From Eubacteriales bacterium (GTDB lineage Bacteria > Bacillota > Clostridia > Oscillospirales > SIG627), in NCBI GenBank assembly GCA_045655865.1, contig JAZOQB010000010.1, forward strand, positions 8,203-72,202: DNA of 64,000 nucleotides. Direction: 5' to 3'. The position numbers were made by a program, and so were the translations under genes. The notes beneath the pieces are model-generated. The model worked only from the letters and a program-made list of their open reading frames with translations, searched no databases and was not told where the DNA came from. Every line of letters begins with the position of its first letter. Position 1 is the stretch's first letter. This document shows, piece by piece, positions 63,781 through 64,000 of the stretch.

Positions 63781-64000
63781 TTATTCTTCCTCCAATTTTG
63801 ATGCCATTTCTTCTTGAATCTGTGCATCGTAGGAGAGAATGGGAGCTTCGTCTTTCCCTTTGATTTTACGGTTGACGTAATTGCGGGTGATTTTGATTAC
63901 AAGGGGGAACAGAACCAAAACGCCGATCAGGTTGGGGATCATCATCAGTCCGTTGAAGGTGTCGGAAATATCCCAGGCCAGAGAAGAGGTCATCACTGCA
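63781..64000 (-). CDS. Alanine/sodium symporter (AGCS family), C-terminal fragment; the 5-prime end lies beyond the window
   Basis: ..AWDISDTFNGLMMIPNLIGVLVLFPLVIKITRNYV.. is typical of the AGCS C-terminus. The frame is open to position 64000. Confidence 0.6.
   Translation of the reverse strand, partial: AVMTSSLAWDISDTFNGLMMIPNLIGVLVLFPLVIKITRNYVNRKIKGKDEAPILSYDAQIQEEMASKLEEE

Overview
This 64 kb window looks like core chromosome of a spore-forming Firmicute, probably Clostridia. That placement is an inference from the spoIIAA-spoIIAB-sigF operon, the ctsR-mcsA-mcsB-clpC operon with CtsR boxes, a CIRCE element before groES-groEL, and T-box leaders before ileS and thrS. All product calls come from reading the translations and motifs by eye; no database search was run.

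Gene order:
- dnaG (truncated by the window edge), an RluA-family pseudouridine synthase, trmB, and ctsR-mcsA-mcsB-clpC.
- A PlsC-like acyltransferase, then a small cassette of secreted protein, sortase and membrane protein.
- A ClC channel, an FAD oxidoreductase with an esterase, and tRNA-Cys.
- ileS, then dinB placed divergently to an XRE/ImmA-like pair.
- ackA, xth coupled to a membrane protein, and spoIIAA-spoIIAB-sigF.
- A 9-gene aromatic amino-acid operon: aminotransferase, pheA, aroB, aroC, aroE/aroK fusion, aroQ, aroA, tyrA and DAHP synthase.
- A secreted nuclease, a zinc-ribbon protein, a SigH-like sigma factor and a Dabb protein.
- A long minus-strand block: lon, engB, a hypothetical, an XPD/DinG-like helicase and a class B sortase with a long N-terminal extension.
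- pfkA, a NahK-like kinase, a Wzz/CpsD/CpsB module, a gamma-CA-like protein, an LCP protein, YfhO and a TtcA-like protein.
- groES-groEL, uppP, thrS and a partial alanine/sodium symporter.

I found no CRISPR array, integrase, transposase, reverse transcriptase or recognisable defence cassette.

The best candidate for something undescribed is a 26-codon Phe/Tyr-rich leader ORF. It has its own consensus promoter, a mutually exclusive antiterminator/terminator pair, and sits just upstream of the aromatic operon. This looks like ribosome-mediated attenuation where T-box or TRAP control would be expected.

Secondary leads:
- An SOS-box-like operator array shared by dinB and the XRE/ImmA pair.
- A sortase cassette whose substrate has a non-LPXTG sorting signal.
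- A cluster of DnaA-box-like motifs upstream of dnaG.
- A 5-copy motif/hairpin array next to tRNA-Cys.
- A tRNA-Cys with C at T-loop position 55.
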